A program made the position numbers and the translations under genes. The notes beneath the pieces were generated by a model, which saw only the letters and a list, made by a program, of their open reading frames with translations, was not told the origin of the DNA and ran no database searches. This document shows positions 59,749 to 64,000 of a stretch of DNA of 64,000 nucleotides, in pieces (positions within the stretch are counted from its first letter, which is position 1; each line of letters starts with the position of its first letter). Source of the DNA: Candidatus Poribacteria bacterium (GTDB lineage: Bacteria > Poribacteria > WGA-4E > WGA-3G); NCBI GenBank assembly GCA_965214095.1, contig OZ243938.1, positions 1,952,001 through 2,016,000 of the forward strand, in the 5' to 3' direction.

Positions 59749-62700
59749 GATGTAGTAGTACATTTGACCACGACAAGTGTTAAATCATCATATTGTTCTG
59801 CATCTTCAACAAATGCTTGTACATCATCAACGATGTGTTGAACGACTTCTTCAGCAGTAGAAGCGTTTGGAATTTTGGAAGTTAGGTTTATTAGCCGTTC
59901 AGTTCCGTACATTTCCTCGTTTGAGTTTAGTGCCTCAATCAAGCCATCCGAATGGATGATAAGAATATCGCCATCTTCAAAATCATAAGTAACAGATTCA
60001 TACTCTACTTTTTTCATACTTCCGAGCGGTAAATCACTGTTTGTGAGTTCAATTATCTCTGTGCCTCTTTTGAGGATGGGATAAGGCTGTCCTCCGTTTG
60101 CGTAGTCAATGGATGTCCCGTTTTCGTCAAGGATTGCCAAGTTGAGTGCGATAAAGTTGTGTCCATACATTCGTGGTGCTAAACCGATATTTAGGTCGCG
60201 TAGGATGACATTTGCGTCAGACTTGATGTGTGCGATTTCATTTAACATTCCATTTGTAAGCACAGCATTCATTGCTCCTCTGATACCTTTGCCAGCTGCA
60301 TCAGCTACAGCGATAGCAGTCCGTCCATTTGCGACAGTCAGGTAATCGAAAAAGTCGCCACCGACCTGTGTAGCGGGAATTGATTTACCTGCGATGTCAT
60401 AAGATTGTGTTTGTGGTGGTTCGGTTGGAAGCAGTGCCATTTGTATGTTTTGTGCTTCGTTTAACTCGTCACGGATGCGTTGGATTTCTGTCTCTTCTTT
60501 CTGTCTCATTTCCTGCTGTAGTTGTGCTGTGTGCCTTCGGTTGACAATCAGTCTAAATAGAAGATAACTTACGACGACAAAGACAATGAGAGAAGGTAGA
60601 TATGTTCGCCATCGTGTCCAGAGGGGTTTATCTATAGTGAAATTCAGAACGGAGGGTTGTTGTGTATAGTGCCAACCTTCACGATATGCTTTGATTAGAA
60701 AGGTGTAATTTCCTGGTTTCAAACCTTGATAGCGGATTCGAGGAAAATCCTGTGATGTTCCAATTGTTTGTGGTAGAAAGTATTGGTGAATTCCACTATT
60801 AAACGTTGTTATATGATCTTGCGGATTGTTAGGATATACGGTTGTCCATGCGTTGTTGTCTATTCCGATTAATTTAAATTTGTATGCAACATCACCACCC
60901 AGTGGATTTATGCCTTGAAATTGGATCGTCAGATATTTGTTTCGGGCAGGTATTAATTCTGTTATATCAGTCATGGTGTGTTTCGCAGATTCCGTGCGTA
61001 AAGTGTCTGTAGTGGCTTTTCCAGTATTGACAGATATGATACGACAGAATGGCAGTGCACCTCGGCTTACCCGATATTGTGTTGCACCACCTTCGGTTCC
61101 AAACCATAGGTCTTCTTGGTCTGATACATGGATACTTGACACATTGTTATGAATGAGACCATCTTTTGTGGTAATAGATTCAAACGTGTCCCCATTGTAA
61201 CGTAATAAACCACCACCCCATGTTGCGAACCATATATTGCCCCACTTATCTTCCTTGACATCACGCAAATCATCAACGATGAAACCGTCTGCTTTTGTGT
61301 AAGAGGTAGTTTCTTTGCGGTTATATCGGATTGCTCCGTGTGTGGTAGCTAACCAAATATCACCATCAGATGCGACAAGTGCGTTGGTGACCTTATCTAT
61401 TTCAACGGATGCTTCATGTATCAATTCAGTGCCTTGATACGTCTTGATGCTGTTCTTGAAAACAATAGTTGCTAATTCATTGTTTGTGTTTCCTGTGCTG
61501 GTGTTCTGCTCTGATTCTGGGAAAACAGGTGAAGTGTGGACAACTAATAGCGGTGGATTTCCAGATGTACTGGATATTTCAAGTAGCGCGTTTTTCCAAT
61601 AAATTAAGCTATCCTTTTTAGTGTTGTAAAACCATTTTGTGGACTTGTTTTCAGGCACAACAGGTATAGGGATAATTGAATTTAGTGTTAGTTTTTCCTC
61701 TTGTATTTTTCCAACTGGCTGATTGTTTCCACTACGGATATGTGTATACCTTTTTACTTCGCCTGTATCTAAATGACACCATAATTGGTTTTGACTGTCT
61801 GTATGGAGTGCTATTATATTATCAGGAGACGGGGGTAGGTTTTCGATTGTATCAAAGGCTATTCTTCCTGTGTTGTTGTCCTGTAATATGCGATATAATC
61901 CGTTTTCTGTCGGTAGGAAAAGCCATCCACTCAATGCGAACCATGGATCAGTGTTTGAAGATACGATCAGTTTTGGATCGCTGAATATCGGTTCTGCATT
62001 TTGTCCGATTTTAGCACGGATTTGTATTGAAAGTTTGTGAAATACTCCGTTTGTATAGCGGAAGATTCGGTGGTGTGTAAATCCGTCTTGATGTTGAATT
62101 GGTTTATCCATAAACCATAGGTCTCCACCTATCTCAAAGATCTCAACTATCTCTGTAGGTCTATCAACTTTTAGGTTTCCATTCTGTTCCAACGTTAGAT
62201 TTGGTAATGGGTATTTATAGAGTTCATCATCTTGTGGGACGTATCGTGCGACACCACCGGGAATGCTAAGCCATAGGGTTGCCATGCTGTCAGGGAACAT
62301 CAGTTTAATGCTACTGCTTCCTAATATAGAACGTGTGCCGTAATGTACGATTGCGGGTTGCGGTTGTAGTGCGGTGACTCCGTTGTCATGACCGAACCAT
62401 ATTGTGCCATCTATTGCTTCAAAGATAGTGAGGATGTTATCACTTCCGAGTCCATCGTTGACTTGGAAGACTTTGTGTGTGAGTTCTGTGGTGCCTGTAA
62501 GTGTAGATTTCAACTGGGAATTACTTATGCTCTCTTCTCTGTTATCGTTGTTTTCGTAGAGGTGGACACCTGTTTCAGTTGCAAACCAAAGTCTTCCACG
62601 TGCATCTTCAATTCCATAAGTGCCTTGTAGGTAGATTTCTTGGTTTGCTTCCACACTTAATGTTCCGAGTCTGTGGAGATTATTGCCATCACACCATCGC

Positions 62701-63587
62701 AATTGTTTGTTATCGCTATACCAGATTCTTCCTTGCGTATCGCTTTTTACAGAAACGGAGTCTCTGTTTAGAATAATCGGATTTTGAAATGTGCCGTTTT
62801 GTGAGGGGGTTTTTATGGATGAATCTATAAACTGTTCAAACTGTGAACCATCATATCGCAGTAAGAGTGATTTTCCACCGAACCAGAGGTAATCCTGCGT
62901 ATCTTGTGCAATAGACTGGATTGAGCGAAATTGAGGAAGGTTTGGCAGGTTATTGAAACGGCTTAGGTTGGCTGCTTGTCCGGCATTGATGTTTCCTTGA
63001 AGACGGAGAATAAGCACGTCTTGTGCATCGGATCCACCTATCCAAATTGTCTCGTCTCTACTTTGGAAAATGACATTTATTTTTGTCTCTGATCCACTGC
63101 CGACATTGAGTTGGAGTGCCTTCGGTATTTCTTGGTTATTTGTTGCTGTGTATCGCGTTAATATATTCTTGTTGCCGACCCAGATATCTCCGGCTATATC
63201 AGCGATAAGGCAGTTTCCATCAGAAAGGTATTCAAATGTGTTGCCGTTGTATCTGATGATAACTCCTGTGTCTTGCGATGGCTTTTTGTTTAGGAACCAT
63301 ATATGTCCCCACTTATCTTCAACGATGTTTTGTGTTCTGCCGTAGAAGTTCTCTGATATTGCTCCGTAGGCAGTTATGGTTTTTCCATCAAACCGACTTA
63401 CGCCTCCCTGTTCTGAACCGAACCATAGCATTCCTCGGCTATCTTGGAATATTACGGGAACAACTGCATCTAATAGTCCATCTGCTATGGTGTAGGTCTT
63501 TACCTGCTGAAATGCAATGGCATTTTGACTTAGGGTATAAGTGAAGATGAGGATTATGATGAAATAGTGCTTTCTATGGTTGTTCAC
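59730..63587 (-). CDS. Membrane sensor phosphatase: Reg_prop beta-propellers + Y_Y_Y + TM + SpoIIE/PP2C
   Basis: Repeated DSRGMLWFG/DKWGNIWF; GNYTFLIKA; VGGDFFD, ADAAGKG, SDGLIEA, DDLT. Confidence 0.9.
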   Translation of the reverse strand: MNNHRKHYFIIILIFTYTLSQNAIAFQQVKTYTIADGLLDAVVPVIFQDSRGMLWFGSEQGGVSRFDGKTITAYGAISENFYGRTQNIVEDKWGHIWFLNKKPSQDTGVIIRYNGNTFEYLSDGNCLIADIAGDIWVGNKNILTRYTATNNQEIPKALQLNVGSGSETKINVIFQSRDETIWIGGSDAQDVLILRLQGNINAGQAANLSRFNNLPNLPQFRSIQSIAQDTQDYLWFGGKSLLLRYDGSQFEQFIDSSIKTPSQNGTFQNPIILNRDSVSVKSDTQGRIWYSDNKQLRWCDGNNLHRLGTLSVEANQEIYLQGTYGIEDARGRLWFATETGVHLYENNDNREESISNSQLKSTLTGTTELTHKVFQVNDGLGSDNILTIFEAIDGTIWFGHDNGVTALQPQPAIVHYGTRSILGSSSIKLMFPDSMATLWLSIPGGVARYVPQDDELYKYPLPNLTLEQNGNLKVDRPTEIVEIFEIGGDLWFMDKPIQHQDGFTHHRIFRYTNGVFHKLSIQIRAKIGQNAEPIFSDPKLIVSSNTDPWFALSGWLFLPTENGLYRILQDNNTGRIAFDTIENLPPSPDNIIALHTDSQNQLWCHLDTGEVKRYTHIRSGNNQPVGKIQEEKLTLNSIIPIPVVPENKSTKWFYNTKKDSLIYWKNALLEISSTSGNPPLLVVHTSPVFPESEQNTSTGNTNNELATIVFKNSIKTYQGTELIHEASVEIDKVTNALVASDGDIWLATTHGAIRYNRKETTSYTKADGFIVDDLRDVKEDKWGNIWFATWGGGLLRYNGDTFESITTKDGLIHNNVSSIHVSDQEDLWFGTEGGATQYRVSRGALPFCRIISVNTGKATTDTLRTESAKHTMTDITELIPARNKYLTIQFQGINPLGGDVAYKFKLIGIDNNAWTTVYPNNPQDHITTFNSGIHQYFLPQTIGTSQDFPRIRYQGLKPGNYTFLIKAYREGWHYTQQPSVLNFTIDKPLWTRWRTYLPSLIVFVVVSYLLFRLIVNRRHTAQLQQEMRQKEETEIQRIRDELNEAQNIQMALLPTEPPQTQSYDIAGKSIPATQVGGDFFDYLTVANGRTAIAVADAAGKGIRGAMNAVLTNGMLNEIAHIKSDANVILRDLNIGLAPRMYGHNFIALNLAILDENGTSIDYANGGQPYPILKRGTEIIELTNSDLPLGSMKKVEYESVTYDFEDGDILIIHSDGLIEALNSNEEMYGTERLINLTSKIPNASTAEEVVQHIVDDVQAFVEDAEQYDDLTLVVVKCTTTSNTISN

Positions 63588-63913
63588 AATAGATTAGTTT
63601 TGATGTATATGGTTGTTATAATGTTTGATATTATACAACGGTGTGCGGTTAATGACAATAATCTAATGGTTTGTTTTTGAATCTTGGGTTTTCGCGGGTG
63701 ACGCGACATGTTTTTTGTCTGAACCAGGATTTGCAGGGTTTGTAGATTTCCAGGATAATGTCCGAGGCGCAATGAATTGCACGACTACGAACCGCGGAAT
63801 TTGGGTTGGTTGTTTTTTGGTTTTTGGTTAATATTTTGTCTTTCTATTCTACGTCAATTTTCTTGGATTTTTCTCGTTTTATATCGGGTGTTCTGTGTTT
63901 CATTGTATTTTGC

Positions 63914-64000
63914 GGGTGTGTAAAGTTTTTGGCATGAACATCATGCTGCTTTTGTGTTTGGATACCAATATCTGTCCCAAGCCTTATTCTTTGACAAACA
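63914..64000 (-). mobile_element. Second copy of the ISKra4-like IS (right end and transposase 3' end; runs off window)
   Basis: 87 bp exact reverse complement of 44091-44177. Confidence 0.92.

Noticed and set aside
59730-63587. Propeller-sensor PP2C as a novel system
   Set aside because: This architecture is already known in several phyla

Overview
This is 64 kb of AT-rich bacterial chromosome. It is probably Candidatus Poribacteria, an inference from a C-terminal KL..WG.IK motif, the intergenic palindrome families and the gene content. The left end is a defence locus: hsdM, then an Avs2-like STAND NTPase with an N-terminal nuclease, then the start of hsdS, with a divergent DUF932-like gene. 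The middle mixes core genes (holA, ftsH, folP, acpS, mqnD, argG, tilS, hpt, three tRNAs) with envelope genes: two Omp85-like paralogues (one frameshifted), two PorV-like barrels (one fused to a lytic transglycosylase), and a crystallin/flotillin/zinc-finger/M6-protease operon. At 42.7-46.1 kb an ISKra4-like IS is nested in a tnpB-only IS200/IS605 element that appears to separate argG from its promoter. A second, decayed IS605-type element follows and shares a covarying, pseudoknot-like 5' leader with the first. The most striking unannotated signal is a combinatorial family of intergenic elements: GTAG-type REP-like hairpin cores wrapped in several different MITE-like terminal-inverted-repeat shells, nested up to three deep. 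No CRISPR array or rRNA was found. All family calls come from motif recognition, not database searches.
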